The notes under the pieces were generated by a model that ran no database searches, was not told the DNA's origin, and saw only the letters and a list, made by a program, of their open reading frames with translations. Position numbers and translations under genes: made by a program. Shown here piece by piece: positions 9,373 through 19,457 of a stretch of 64,000 nt of DNA; the stretch's first letter is position 1, and the number at the start of each line of letters is the position of its first letter. Source of the DNA: a virus; the IMG/VR virus record IMGVR_UViG_3300010396_000002, positions 1 to 64,000 of that record. The stretch is one strand, 5' to 3'.

Positions 9373-10034
9373 GCGAGGACGAGCTCAGACCGCCCATCAT
9401 CGCCTGGCTCCATGAGGCCGGGTTCGACCCAGGCGTGTTCCAGGAGGTCGAGATCCGCGGCGACATCGCCGACATGGTAGCGGTCGCTGGCCCACGGCTC
9501 GCCGTCGTCGAACTGAAGCTTCAGCTCTCGTTCGAGCTGCTCCACCAAGCACGACGTTGGCGCGGGCTCGCGCACCAGGTCTTCGTCGGCGTCCCCTATG
9601 CGCGACCGAGTGAGGGACGGCGCATGGCCTTCGACGTGTTCGACACCTACGGGATCGGGGTGCTCGAGGTCACCGAGGGGCGCTGGAGTGGGCAGACCGA
9701 CGTCGAGGAGCGGGTACGGCCTGCGTTCAATCGGAACGCGCGCACCGACATGATCCGCCGCAAGCTCTGCGAGGAGCAGAAGACGTTCGCCGCAGCAGGC
9801 TCACCGACTGGTCGGCGCTGGTCCCCCTTCAAGGCGACCTGCAAGCGGGTCGCCGACTTCGTGCGGGAGCATCCCGGGGCCACGCCGCGAGAGATGATCG
9901 AGGAGCTGGGCAAGCTCCACTACGCCAGCGACGCCGGCGCGCGGTCCAGGCTCCTCGCGTTGATCCGCCGCGGCGTCGTCGACGGGGTGCGCCTCGAGCA
10001 GGACGGCCGCCGCTGGCGGCTCTACCCGGTCTAG
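9369..10034 (+). CDS. PD-(D/E)XK nuclease-like protein (MmcB/DUF2161-like) with C-terminal wHTH-like region
   Basis: EDELRPPI...FQEV...ADMVAV...VVELK...LLHQA...GIGVLEV. Confidence 0.65.
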   Translation: MSEDELRPPIIAWLHEAGFDPGVFQEVEIRGDIADMVAVAGPRLAVVELKLQLSFELLHQARRWRGLAHQVFVGVPYARPSEGRRMAFDVFDTYGIGVLEVTEGRWSGQTDVEERVRPAFNRNARTDMIRRKLCEEQKTFAAAGSPTGRRWSPFKATCKRVADFVREHPGATPREMIEELGKLHYASDAGARSRLLALIRRGVVDGVRLEQDGRRWRLYPV

Positions 10035-10339
10035 AGCTTCGCCAGGGCCTGCCCGTACCAGGCGTCGACGGCGTCGCTGCTCTCGCCCTCATGGTAGTGC
10101 TTCCGCATCGCCTCGCTCTGGAGGTCGTACACCTGCCGGCGCACCGTCTCTTCGGCCTGCGGCCCTTCGCGGGCAACCCGCGCCCGGATCGCCGCTTCGA
10201 CGATGGTCTGCCAGCGAGCGTTCTGCGCGGCGATGCGCGCCTCCTCCTCGCGGTGTCGCGCCGCTTCGGTCTCCTCGAGCAGCGCTTCGATGTCGGCGCG
10301 GAGCTTGGCGATCTCTGCGGCTCGATCCTCCTCGCTCAC
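10031..10339 (-). CDS. Hypothetical protein
   Basis: GTG start coupled to upstream stop; coiled coil. Confidence 0.5.
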   Translation of the reverse strand: MSEEDRAAEIAKLRADIEALLEETEAARHREEEARIAAQNARWQTIVEAAIRARVAREGPQAEETVRRQVYDLQSEAMRKHYHEGESSDAVDAWYGQALAKL

Positions 10340-10707
10340 CGGCGCTTCGCCTTGCCGCGCTTGCGATCCTTGGCGCGCTCGCTCAGCCGCTTCAAGCCGA
10401 GAGGCTTCTTGCGGAGGTCGAGCCAGCGAAGGAACTCCCAGTCCGTCGTGGTGACGACGCAGCCCTTCTCGTCCCCTAGGATCGGGCACATCGGGTCGGC
10501 ATGGGCGAGATCGGAGAGGTGCTGCCGGCTAGTCGGGCCTCCATGCTTCGCCGAGAATGGAACGATCTCCTTCCAGCCGACGAGCTGCTTCGGGGCCGGT
10601 GGCTGATACGAGACGATGTGCGGCGTCGGCACGAGCATCTGCCACGGGCTCGCCATCGGCGCCGGTACCACGGCGAGCGTCAACGTGACGAAGCCCGTTT
10701 GGATCAC
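10336..10707 (-). CDS. Hypothetical protein (possible DNA-binding)
   Basis: GTGA-coupled; LVGWKEIV motif, basic tail. Confidence 0.45.
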   Translation of the reverse strand: MIQTGFVTLTLAVVPAPMASPWQMLVPTPHIVSYQPPAPKQLVGWKEIVPFSAKHGGPTSRQHLSDLAHADPMCPILGDEKGCVVTTTDWEFLRWLDLRKKPLGLKRLSERAKDRKRGKAKRR

Positions 10708-11657
10708 CGGCCACCCACGAGCGAGGCGACGCGAGACCGCGCCGGCTTGGGCTTGGTATGCGCGATTAGGTCGGCCTCGCGATCGGCTTGCAGTTCTTGT
10801 CGCAGCTCCCGATACCCCTTCGCGCTGAGCTTCCCCTTGGCACGGAGCCTTCCGTACACGGGGTCTTTCAAGCGCTCCTTCTCGTAGAGCTTGCGGGCCT
10901 CCTTGGTCAGTCGCTCCGCCTCGCGCTGGAGCGCTCCCACCGCTGCGCCATCTCCGCTCTCGACGAGCCTGACCAGGAACCGCTCGCGCGGGGAAAGCAT
11001 CCGCAGCGGACGCTCTGGAGTGTCGACCTCCTCGACGGTGACGGCAATGACCCGGGCTAGCCCACGGATGCACAACGAAGAGACCCTGCGGGCGCACCGC
11101 GCCGCATCGCCGCAAGCGGCCTCCCCCGTTGCCCATGTCGCCGACGAATGCTGGTCGCCTCGGTCCGTGCAGGCATAGGTACTGAGACACGACGCGTCGC
11201 GCCCTGGCGCCGGCATCTTCTTCGGTTCGGGCTCTTGCGGCGGGGCGATGCTTCCGCAGAGCAAGAGAACGACGCCGAGGTGCTGGCCGAACTCCTCATC
11301 GACCAGCGTTCCCTTCCCCCGGTACCCCTCCGCCTCGTCGATCAGCCGGGCCCACGGGGTGCAGCCATAGGCGGCCTCCAAGATGTCGACCCACTGCGGG
11401 CCGGCAGCGTCACGTGGAGGCAGGGCATGCAGCGCCTGCCTCATCATGTTCGCGTGCCGGAGCGCATCGCGGCGATGATCGAGCCGGGAGACCATCCTAC
11501 GGTCGGGGTCCGGCGACCCTCCGGCGCCTCCCTGCGCGATGGCGGTGAACGTCGCCCAGCTTGAGCAGAGGCCGGAATCTCGCTCGACGGATGCGAAAAG
11601 AGCGGTCAGCTCATCCTGAGTATGGTCCGGATCTCGGCCGCGACGCCCCTCGCGCAT
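10704..11657 (-). CDS. Hypothetical protein
   Basis: 317 aa open frame, coupled to downstream gene. Confidence 0.55.
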   Translation of the reverse strand: MREGRRGRDPDHTQDELTALFASVERDSGLCSSWATFTAIAQGGAGGSPDPDRRMVSRLDHRRDALRHANMMRQALHALPPRDAAGPQWVDILEAAYGCTPWARLIDEAEGYRGKGTLVDEEFGQHLGVVLLLCGSIAPPQEPEPKKMPAPGRDASCLSTYACTDRGDQHSSATWATGEAACGDAARCARRVSSLCIRGLARVIAVTVEEVDTPERPLRMLSPRERFLVRLVESGDGAAVGALQREAERLTKEARKLYEKERLKDPVYGRLRAKGKLSAKGYRELRQELQADREADLIAHTKPKPARSRVASLVGGR

Positions 11658-11752
11658 GCCCGGAGCATACGGGATCGCGGGCGTTTGTGCAGGGCGTTCT
11701 GCTAGGCTGCTGGCCGGACGACACGCTCCCGACTTCGGGCGCAGGAGGAGCC

Positions 11753-12763
11753 ATGCCCGCCACCCTCATCCGCGGCGACTGCCGCGCCATCCTCCCTACG
11801 CTCGGCGTAGGCCGTTTCCGGTGCTGTGTGACGTCGCCGCCGTACTGGAAGCAGCGCCAGTACCTGCCCGACAGCCACCCCGACAAGGCGCTCGAGATCG
11901 GGCAGGAGGCAACGCCGGAGGCATACGTCGAGGCGCTGGTCGACGTCTTCGGGCTGGTGCGTGAGGCGCTCACAGACGACGGGACGCTCTGGATCAACAT
12001 CGGGAGCGGCTACGCACGCAAGTCGACCAGCGGTACGCTCATCGGCTCGACACTGGAGGGGTCACAGCGCTCCCAACTCGCCTACCGCGGGTCGAGACCG
12101 GGGAAGACCTCCGGAGTACGGGCCACGCGCGCAGGCAAGCAGGGCCGGTGCATCGGCGTGCCCTCTGGCTTCAAGGACAAGGATCTGCTCCCCTTCCCGT
12201 GGATGCTCGGACTCGCGCTCCAGCGTGACGGCTGGTACCTGCGCGCCGACAACATCTGGGCGCCGGCCTCGGCGATGCCCGAGAGCGTCACCGACCGGCC
12301 CACGCACGCCCACGAGTACGTGCTGCTCCTGAGCAAGTCGCCCCGCTACTTCTACGACGCCGACGCGGTGAGGCAGGCGCACCGGATGAAGCCGCAGCGC
12401 CGCCCGACGGGGAAGGCTCCGTTCGTGCGGCCTGGCAAGCCAGACCAGACATGGAGCATGTCGACGCGCTCCGAGCCAGGCATCGACGGCCATCCATTCG
12501 GCCGCAACCTCCGCACGGTCTGGGACGACATCGACACGGAGCCCAGCGACGGCGGCCACGTCGCGCCGATGCCGCGAAAGCTCGCCCGGCGCTGCATCCT
12601 CGCCGGGTCCGCCGCCGGCGACCACGTCCTCGACCCGTTTGGTGGCTCCGGAACGGTCGGCCGCGTTGCCGAAGAGGAGGGGCGGCGCGCTGTCCTCATC
12701 GACCTCGACGAGAGGGCCATCGAGCAGGCACATGGCGCCACGGCGCAGTGCGGGCTGTTCTAG
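11753..12763 (+). CDS. DNA methyltransferase, N4-C/N6-A beta class
   Basis: VTSPPY catalytic motif precedes VLDPFGGSGT SAM motif; MPESVTDRPTHAHEY; AGGAGG RBS. Confidence 0.92.
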   Translation: MPATLIRGDCRAILPTLGVGRFRCCVTSPPYWKQRQYLPDSHPDKALEIGQEATPEAYVEALVDVFGLVREALTDDGTLWINIGSGYARKSTSGTLIGSTLEGSQRSQLAYRGSRPGKTSGVRATRAGKQGRCIGVPSGFKDKDLLPFPWMLGLALQRDGWYLRADNIWAPASAMPESVTDRPTHAHEYVLLLSKSPRYFYDADAVRQAHRMKPQRRPTGKAPFVRPGKPDQTWSMSTRSEPGIDGHPFGRNLRTVWDDIDTEPSDGGHVAPMPRKLARRCILAGSAAGDHVLDPFGGSGTVGRVAEEEGRRAVLIDLDERAIEQAHGATAQCGLF

Positions 12764-12765
12764 CC

Positions 12766-13038
12766 GTGATCCAGCTCCTGCTCTTCCCTGCCTTCGAGGC
12801 TGCGCTGGCCTTCGAGCACTGGCTAGACAGGGCGCGAGGCAGGGACCGGCGTAGCCCGGCTCGAGGCTGGCTACTCCGGCAGATCGGCGCGAGCCGGTGT
12901 CAGTTCCTGTGCCGCTTCCTGCCCAAGGACCAGCGCTGGCCCGCCATCGGCGACAACGACGGGAAGCCCATCTGCGAGCACTGCTCGCGAGCGATGGCCG
13001 ACCACGACTTCGACCCCGGGAAGCCGGAGAGCGGGTAG
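12766..13038 (+). CDS. Hypothetical Cys/His protein
   Basis: GTG start right after MTase; CQFLC...CEHC. Confidence 0.4.
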   Translation: MIQLLLFPAFEAALAFEHWLDRARGRDRRSPARGWLLRQIGASRCQFLCRFLPKDQRWPAIGDNDGKPICEHCSRAMADHDFDPGKPESG

Positions 13039-13155
13039 GGCCGTTCATCAGCGACATGACCTCGACGGCGAGCAGGATGGGGCAGCCGGCCTGCTCCTGC
13101 CTCCACGCCAGCCACGCCGCGGCGTCGGCCTCGAGCGCCTGGAGCTGCTCGCGGG

Positions 13156-13542
13156 TCATCGAGATCCGAGACGGCGGGCGAGGTCGAGGACGTGGGAGTG
13201 CGGCCGCATGTTCGGGCAGCCAGCGATTCCGCAGGCGCCACGCGGCCCCGGAGGATGCGGCCGCACGCCGGCGCGGATGGTTGCCTCGATCCGGACAGTG
13301 CGCTCACGCGTCACATGCAGTGGCTCGACGCGTTGTTTCGACGACGGCGGCTCCGCCCGCGGCCCATCCGGGTTTGGGCCCGTCGACGGCGGCTCCTCCT
13401 CGGCTACCTGGGCCGGCGGTGCGACGCCATGCGGTTCGACCACGGGCGGCGGGAGTAGCCCGCTTGCCTTGGCGAGGAGGATGGTGAGCAGGCAGCCGGC
13501 GAGCATCCCCCCGGCAAGCACCAGAAAGAGCCAGTGGATCAT
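13156..13542 (-). CDS. Membrane-anchored hypothetical protein
   Basis: N-terminal TM helix, Pro-rich linker, CxxxxC..HxH tail; ATGA-coupled to CHAP gene. Confidence 0.55.
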   Translation of the reverse strand: MIHWLFLVLAGGMLAGCLLTILLAKASGLLPPPVVEPHGVAPPAQVAEEEPPSTGPNPDGPRAEPPSSKQRVEPLHVTRERTVRIEATIRAGVRPHPPGPRGACGIAGCPNMRPHSHVLDLARRLGSR

Positions 13543-14162
13543 GCGCCTGGTCCGTCGAGGCTGATCACGCCCACCAGCGGCTCGTTCTCGTCGTACAGGG
13601 TCCTGGTCTCGCGCGAGACCGCGTTGTTGCTGTTGCCGCTGATGACCACGTAGCTGAGCCCCCCGGTCGAGACGCTCTCCACGATGGCAACGTGCCCCTC
13701 CCCGCCGTTCCTCGGGTCGTGCCCGGCCCTGCCGAAGATCGCCAGCATCCCCGGAGCTATCGTCGCCATCCCGCTCTTGATCGCGGTGACGTCGAACCAG
13801 GTCTTGGTCTCCTTCGCGTCGACGACGAGCTCGGAGACGGCGGCCCGGTACCCAACCGGGGGGATGTCCCACGGGTGAATCGGCTTTGGCCATGCCAGCG
13901 CGTCGGGCTCGAAGTCCTGCGTGCGCCCCGAGGCCCACGCCGACCAGATGCACCAGGAGGCGAAGCTTGCACACCATTCCGCCGCGGTGAGGCCGAGGAG
14001 CGAGCCGTGTCTGACGCAGTGGGACAGGTACTCGCGGACCTCGGGCCCCGTGTTCGAGCCGAAGGGCTCCTCCTTCACGCCGGCGGCGAGCGCGGCCTGA
14101 GCACGCGCCAGAGCGGCAAGGCCGAGGGATGGGGGAGCGGCTACGGGGTCGCTGGTCGTCAT
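13539..14162 (-). CDS. CHAP-domain peptidoglycan hydrolase (endolysin candidate)
   Basis: GVKEEPFGSNTGPEV..Y, WCASFASW (Cys), GHVAIV (His), ISGN. Confidence 0.85.
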   Translation of the reverse strand: MTTSDPVAAPPSLGLAALARAQAALAAGVKEEPFGSNTGPEVREYLSHCVRHGSLLGLTAAEWCASFASWCIWSAWASGRTQDFEPDALAWPKPIHPWDIPPVGYRAAVSELVVDAKETKTWFDVTAIKSGMATIAPGMLAIFGRAGHDPRNGGEGHVAIVESVSTGGLSYVVISGNSNNAVSRETRTLYDENEPLVGVISLDGPGA

Positions 14163-14254
14163 GTCGATCCTCCTGGTCGTCCGCCCTACGCGGCACCGAA
14201 ACCCATCGGCTTGCGGTTCCTCGTCGGTCCCGCCGTTGGGCCTCTTGGCCAGAG

Positions 14255-14620
14255 CTACTGCGCGACCGCCTCGGCGTATGCCTTGGCGGCGAGCTGCTTC
14301 GCCTCCTCGACCTCGTCCGGCCAGCACCAGCACATCCCGAGGAACGGCTGGCTCTGGCATCGGCCGTAGGTCACGGAGGGCGAGTGCTCGATCTGACGGC
14401 CGTACGGATCGGTCTTCGACTGGTCCGCCACGAACACGACGTTGCAGCAGGGGGTCCAGAGCGGAGAGGTGACCCCGCGGTCCCTCTGCGCCTGCTCCCA
14501 GGCTGCGACGCTCTGACCATCCGGTCCGCCGTGGAACCAATTGGTCACCAGCGCCTCGTGCGCGATGCGGTAGCTGTCGAAGAAGATGACCGAGCAGCCG
14601 ATCTTGAACGCTCTCTCCAT
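14255..14620 (-). CDS. Hypothetical protein
   Basis: MERAFKIGCSVIFFD...HEALVT...DPYGRQIE, phage-type small protein. Confidence 0.6.
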   Translation of the reverse strand: MERAFKIGCSVIFFDSYRIAHEALVTNWFHGGPDGQSVAAWEQAQRDRGVTSPLWTPCCNVVFVADQSKTDPYGRQIEHSPSVTYGRCQSQPFLGMCWCWPDEVEEAKQLAAKAYAEAVAQ

Positions 14621-14676
14621 GGTGCCTTGCCTTCCGCGGCTACGATGCCGCGCAGGGCGGACGCACCCGGAGGGTA

Positions 14677-15402
14677 TCACGCGCCTTGGGGCTGGGTCGA
14701 CGGCGGAGCCTCGGCGGCCAGCCAGGGGACCAGGAACCGCTTCGCGACATCGGGGAGGACGACCTTCACCTGGTGGATGTGGGCCGGGCCGTCGATGTTC
14801 GCGCTCGGGCTCGAGACCACCGTGAAGTCGCCGAGGCTCGCTTCGCCGCCTGGCCCTGGGGGCGTCAGGCCGGCACGCTCGCAGAGCATCGCGGCCGTGT
14901 GCGTAGTGCTCTCGTATCGCTGCCCCGCGGGCAGGTTCTCCATGTACTGCATGGCAGTGTGCGTCACGATCAGGAGTGAGCCGCTCCCGAGCTTCGCGCG
15001 GTCCACCATCGCGTACCAGGGGGCCATCTGGGCGGGGAGCGGTGGGACCGAGCCGGAGATCCCGTCGAGGGCCACGGCGCCCGAGATGATCTCGTGGTCG
15101 TCGGACCGGAGCTGCTCGCGGACGGCCTGACACCCCGCACTCCAGCCCATGAGGACGATCTTGCCGACCTCGAACTCCCCGCAGTGCTCGTGGGCGAAGG
15201 CGACGACGTCCTCGATCGGGTCGACCCCGCCGTGACCAGGCGCGGCCGCGAAGCGCCCGTGGGCATCGTCGAGATCCTGGAGGAGGCAGACGTCCTCCCC
15301 CAGGATCTCGGGGAGGTCGGTCTCCACGTGGAGGGTGTCGCAGAAGTACCCGAGGATGATGTGTCTGCGCGGGCCGGTGCCTGCTTGGACGAGCTGGAGC
15401 AT
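14677..15402 (-). CDS. Alpha/beta hydrolase fold protein
   Basis: LMGWSAG nucleophile elbow, VALDG, C-terminal His (AHIHQ). Confidence 0.7.
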   Translation of the reverse strand: MLQLVQAGTGPRRHIILGYFCDTLHVETDLPEILGEDVCLLQDLDDAHGRFAAAPGHGGVDPIEDVVAFAHEHCGEFEVGKIVLMGWSAGCQAVREQLRSDDHEIISGAVALDGISGSVPPLPAQMAPWYAMVDRAKLGSGSLLIVTHTAMQYMENLPAGQRYESTTHTAAMLCERAGLTPPGPGGEASLGDFTVVSSPSANIDGPAHIHQVKVVLPDVAKRFLVPWLAAEAPPSTQPQGA

Positions 15403-15539
15403 GTCCAGGAAGGTATCACTCCTCGGGGTAGGCGATCTCGGCCGTCTTGTCGTGCAGCCACACCGCCCACCACGCGTCTCCCGTCAGGAAGAGCAGCGGG
15501 TGGGCGATGCAGTTGTGCAGTAGCGGACTTGAGCGAGGC

Positions 15540-15755
15540 TCATCGCGACGGGTAGACGATGAAGGTGAACGTCGGGCACGTGCAGGGCCAGTCGATGCCG
15601 GCCGCGAGCGGCAGACGCTTGCGAGGGCAGTCGTCGCTGTGGCGCGCGCGCTCCTGCTCCAAGCACTCGGCGAGCAGCTTCGGATCCGGGCGCGTCTCCC
15701 CGATCCAGACGTCGCCGAGCGAGATCGGCTGGAGGCCAGGCGACTCGATGTTCAT
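15540..15755 (-). CDS. Hypothetical protein
   Basis: ATGA-coupled; HSDDC...CTC. Confidence 0.45.
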   Translation of the reverse strand: MNIESPGLQPISLGDVWIGETRPDPKLLAECLEQERARHSDDCPRKRLPLAAGIDWPCTCPTFTFIVYPSR

Positions 15756-16366
15756 GCCTTCGGCTCCCCGGTCACGGTGACCTTGAGCGGCTCCGACGCG
15801 GCGAGCGCCTTGGCGGCGACCGGCGCCGTCGGCGAGCCCACGAGCGAGATCCCCACGTGCCCGATCCCGAGCGCGAGGATCCCCGCCGTCACCCCCTTGC
15901 CGATGGCAGTTGCGATGTCGTCTCCTCCGAGGAGCGCCGTGCACGTCCCCTGTGCCAGCCCCACGACCCCGCCGACCACCATGGGCCAGCGCCCCGGCAA
16001 CGACGTCCAGAGGGGTTTCACCCGAGGGTCCAAGGCGAGCCCGGCGAGGCCACCGACGAGCGGCGCCAGGTGGGTCAGGAAGGGCAGCCAGCCCGGACCG
16101 CCGACCACGGGCACGGTCTGCGCATAGGCCGGCGACGCACAGGCGAGGAGCGCGACGACGCCGAGGGTGGCGCCGGTGGTTCCACGACGTGCGCCGGCGA
16201 CGAGGAGCACGAGCCCAGCCCCGAGCAGGAGCGCGATCGTCGCGATGGCGATGCCCACGTCGAGGTTCGACGGCACCGGCTCGAGGACGGAGCTGTCGGG
16301 CACGACGTCGGCGAAGGCCGTAGAGGCGAAGAGGAGAGCGGATAGGGCGAGCAGGAGCTTGACCAT
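15752..16366 (-). CDS. Multi-pass membrane protein (holin-like candidate)
   Basis: Signal peptide plus several hydrophobic segments; near CHAP hydrolase. Confidence 0.5.
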   Translation of the reverse strand: MVKLLLALSALLFASTAFADVVPDSSVLEPVPSNLDVGIAIATIALLLGAGLVLLVAGARRGTTGATLGVVALLACASPAYAQTVPVVGGPGWLPFLTHLAPLVGGLAGLALDPRVKPLWTSLPGRWPMVVGGVVGLAQGTCTALLGGDDIATAIGKGVTAGILALGIGHVGISLVGSPTAPVAAKALAASEPLKVTVTGEPKA

Positions 16367-16384
16367 GGAGCCAAGCGTACACGA

Positions 16385-17056
16385 TCAGCCCGGCGGGGGC
16401 TGAGGGGCCGCGTCGAGCGCCTTCTTCCGGAGCTGGATGAGCTTCGGCGGCGCCGGTTCCTTCTTCTCGCACTTGTCGGCGCGATAGGTCCGGCAGATGT
16501 CGGGGCGGTCCTTGTAGATCGTGCACCAGCCGGTCTCCTGGTCGAGGAAGACGCAGGCCATCGGCACCGCGTCCCCTTCGTACTTCGCCGTGCCGGCCCC
16601 CTTGTACGGCACGCGCTTGAGCTTGCCCACGTAGCCGGCAGGGTTTGGTTGAGGGAGAAGCTCGACCGCGGAGCGAGCGGTCCGCTTGCCCATCCGCGCG
16701 AAGTCCACGGCGTTGACCCCCACCAACTCGAAGACGCGCGCGCAGCACGCGCTGGTGCACTCCGCGCAGATCGCCTGCGAGTCGAGCAGCACGCCGCGCT
16801 CCTTCACCCATCGCAGCATGGCGTTGTTCACCTCCGCGACAGCCTGGCGCAGGTATTCGGGCTGCCGGGGGGAGTCGAGGCGGGCCGTCTCCGTCAACTC
16901 GCTGATGCCGGCGCCGGCGTGAGGCACGTTGAATGTCACGGTCGCCGTCTGCCCGGGGGCGTCGATCGTGACGGCGGCGAGGTCGATGAGCTCGAGCTTG
17001 GAGAGGGTGTCGTCCTTGGTCATGAGGACCGACTGTATGACAGTGCGCCGAGCCAT
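16385..17056 (-). CDS. YkgJ-family cysteine-cluster protein
   Basis: CAECTSACC...CVFLD...CTIYKDRPDICRTY. Confidence 0.85.
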   Translation of the reverse strand: MARRTVIQSVLMTKDDTLSKLELIDLAAVTIDAPGQTATVTFNVPHAGAGISELTETARLDSPRQPEYLRQAVAEVNNAMLRWVKERGVLLDSQAICAECTSACCARVFELVGVNAVDFARMGKRTARSAVELLPQPNPAGYVGKLKRVPYKGAGTAKYEGDAVPMACVFLDQETGWCTIYKDRPDICRTYRADKCEKKEPAPPKLIQLRKKALDAAPQPPPG

Positions 17057-17064
17057 GCTACCTT
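17033..17064 (+). promoter_or_regulatory. Operator-like box overlapping a putative sigma70-type promoter
   Basis: CTGTATGACAG (17033-17043); ATGACA-N16-TACCTT upstream of 17115 gene. Confidence 0.55.
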
Positions 17065-17114
17065 CCGGTTCGGACGACTACCGGCGCGCCGCTGCGCGAC
17101 CGAAGGAGGATCCC

Positions 17115-17672
17115 ATGCCCACGAACATCCGTACGCTCAGGACCGAGGCGAAGACCGCGCTGACGGAGATGGCGAAGCGCCTCGTCGCACTCGCCGACGA
17201 GACCGGAGACCTCGTCACCGAATCGCGCCGCATCCTGCTTCTTACCAACGACCCCGGGCTCTGGCCGCATGCAATGGTCGAAGGCCCCAGCACCGATCAT
17301 CGCGCACTCGACCGCGCCCTTTCGATCGTCGGGGAGGTGAGCAGTTTCCTGGACAACTGGGCCGACTGCTCGCGGGACCGGAGGCCGACCCCGCAGGAGC
17401 AGTCGGAGGCGTACGGCAACGCGGCCGCGCTCGCGCGTGATCTGGCGAAGTTGTTGGACAAGAGGGGGCTCGTCGGTCGAAGCCAGATCGTCAACGACGC
17501 AGCGCCGTTGCTGGAGGAGCGTCGCCAGGAGCTGTTCGAGCAGGAGGAGCCGGAGCGCGACCGGCGCGGGCGAGAGTTCGCCGAGAACTTCCTGGAGCCC
17601 GCCGTCCAGGCGACCAGCGCCGCGGTCAAGGCCCTCTGCGCGCTCGCCGACGCGCTCTGCACGGAGGCGTGA
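17115..17672 (+). CDS. Hypothetical protein
   Basis: AAGGAGG RBS; first gene of rightward operon. Confidence 0.65.
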   Translation: MPTNIRTLRTEAKTALTEMAKRLVALADETGDLVTESRRILLLTNDPGLWPHAMVEGPSTDHRALDRALSIVGEVSSFLDNWADCSRDRRPTPQEQSEAYGNAAALARDLAKLLDKRGLVGRSQIVNDAAPLLEERRQELFEQEEPERDRRGREFAENFLEPAVQATSAAVKALCALADALCTEA

Positions 17673-17674
17673 CC

Positions 17675-17980
17675 ATGGGCATGTCGATGAACGTCGTCGG
17701 CATCAAGCCGGCCGATGAGAAGTACCAGCGAATGATCTCCGCACGTGACGCATGCCGTGCCGCCGGCGTTCCGATCCCCGAAGAGGTTCGCGACTTTTTT
17801 GGTGGGGATCCAGACGAGGCCGACCCGAGCGGCGTCACGATCTACTTCAAGCCGGGCGCGTCGTACCCGCCCCACGTCGGCGTTGTCCCCTACCAGTATG
17901 GCGAACGCCAAGGCTTCGAGGTCGACCTGCGAAGCCTCGACCCCGACATCAAGATCCTGCGCTTCTACTGCGCCTGGTGA
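17675..17980 (+). CDS. Hypothetical protein
   Basis: GGAGG RBS; MGMSMNVVGIKPADEKY. Confidence 0.65.
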   Translation: MGMSMNVVGIKPADEKYQRMISARDACRAAGVPIPEEVRDFFGGDPDEADPSGVTIYFKPGASYPPHVGVVPYQYGERQGFEVDLRSLDPDIKILRFYCAW

Positions 17981-17989
17981 GGAGGGACC

Positions 17990-18475
17990 ATGCCCGACAT
18001 CGAGAAGATGAGCGAAGAGGAGATCCACAAGCACCTGGCCCAGCGCGCAGAGACGAGCGCACTGGCAGCCACACGCGAAGCCGGTGAGCGCTACGCCGCC
18101 ACCCACCCCGTCGTGGGTCGGTGGCGGGTCACCACGGAGGGGGACGTCGAAGGGAGAACCACGCGCGACCTCGGCGTGCATGTTGGCCACGTCGCCGACA
18201 TCGCGGCCACGCTCGCACCGCTGGTGCACTATGGGCTCGACTTCAGGCCGGAGCCAGAGCCGAAGACGCCGACGCTGCGCGGAGGCGCGGACATCTCCGT
18301 CGCCGTTCACGTTCCAGACGCTGGGTCCGCGTTCGATCAGATGACCCCGGAGCACCGGGCCGTCTTCGCCCGCGCCTGGTTCAGCCAGGCCACGGCAAAG
18401 CACGTCGTCACGCTGGAGGTCCGCGAGAGCAACCACTATGGCTGCGTGCTGCTGCGCATGAGGCCCATCCGATGA
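17990..18475 (+). CDS. Hypothetical protein
   Basis: GAGGAGG RBS; GRWRVTTEGDVEGRTTRDLG. Confidence 0.65.
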   Translation: MPDIEKMSEEEIHKHLAQRAETSALAATREAGERYAATHPVVGRWRVTTEGDVEGRTTRDLGVHVGHVADIAATLAPLVHYGLDFRPEPEPKTPTLRGGADISVAVHVPDAGSAFDQMTPEHRAVFARAWFSQATAKHVVTLEVRESNHYGCVLLRMRPIR

Positions 18476-18945
18476 GCACCATGGATCCACGGATCGACCC
18501 TTCGCGATACCTGCGCAACTCCGCGATCGAGGACTTCCGCACCCACCAGCGCCACCATCGCCGCAGCCTCATCTTCGGCGCGCTGATGGCCGCGTTCTGC
18601 GGCTACTCCACCATCTTGAGCGCGCAGCGCGATCCGTGGTGGGCCGGTGGCGTCAAGACACTGATGGTGCTCACCATCGCCGTCGTGGTCGTGCGCGACG
18701 TGATCACGGGTCGCCGGGAGTCGCGCATGCTCCTCCGGCGGGCCGTGATCGCCGTCCTCCGCGCCGACGGCCCGGCCTATGGCCTCGAGCTCCGCGAGAA
18801 GATCGGCATCGGCGCCTCGATCTACCCGTACCTCTGGGAGATCGAGGCCGAGGGCCTCGTGACGAGCGAGGAGCGCGAGGGGCTGCCCTGTCGAGGCGGA
18901 CGACCGCGTAGGTACTACCGGCTCGCCGAGAAGGGAGGCTCGTGA
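18472..18945 (+). CDS. Membrane-anchored PadR-family wHTH protein
   Basis: Two TM helices then PAYGLEL...ASIYPYL..IEAEGLV...GRPRRYYRL..KG. Confidence 0.75.
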   Translation: MSTMDPRIDPSRYLRNSAIEDFRTHQRHHRRSLIFGALMAAFCGYSTILSAQRDPWWAGGVKTLMVLTIAVVVVRDVITGRRESRMLLRRAVIAVLRADGPAYGLELREKIGIGASIYPYLWEIEAEGLVTSEEREGLPCRGGRPRRYYRLAEKGGS

Positions 18946-19457
18946 TGGGCGCACACCTCACGCCCCAGGGCAAGTTCAAGAGCGACAAGTACCCCGAATG
19001 TCCCGAGGGCAAGGTCCCGCTGAGCACCAAGTTCGCCCGCGTCGGTGTCGCCGTTCTCGTCCGCCGCGGTGACGGGGCCCTCCTCATGGAGCTTCGCAAG
19101 GGGGCCCACGGCGCAGGAACGTGGAGCGTGCCCGGCGGCAAGCTCGAGCGCGGCGAGTCTGTCCTCCAGTGCGCGGCACGCGAGCTTCTGGAGGAGACCG
19201 GCCTCGCGCCAGCGGGCATCCGAGAGACCGGGGTCTACACCCTCACCCACTTCGAGGGCGGCGACTCCTGGGTCACGCTCTACTGCTGCGTCGATCTTCC
19301 CGGCTACCCGGTCGCGCAGGTCACCGAGCCGGAGAAGTGCGCGGAATGGCGGTGGGTGCCGTGGGTGCCGCCCGGCCCTGCGCCGGAGACGCTGTTCTCG
19401 TGCTTCGCGAGCCTCATGCGCGTCGCGCACCCGTGGACGCTTGGGAGGAACCGATGA
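18942..19457 (+). CDS. NUDIX hydrolase
   Basis: Nudix box PGGKLERGESVLQCAARELLEETGL; EPEKCAEWRW. Confidence 0.9.
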   Translation: MMGAHLTPQGKFKSDKYPECPEGKVPLSTKFARVGVAVLVRRGDGALLMELRKGAHGAGTWSVPGGKLERGESVLQCAARELLEETGLAPAGIRETGVYTLTHFEGGDSWVTLYCCVDLPGYPVAQVTEPEKCAEWRWVPWVPPGPAPETLFSCFASLMRVAHPWTLGRNR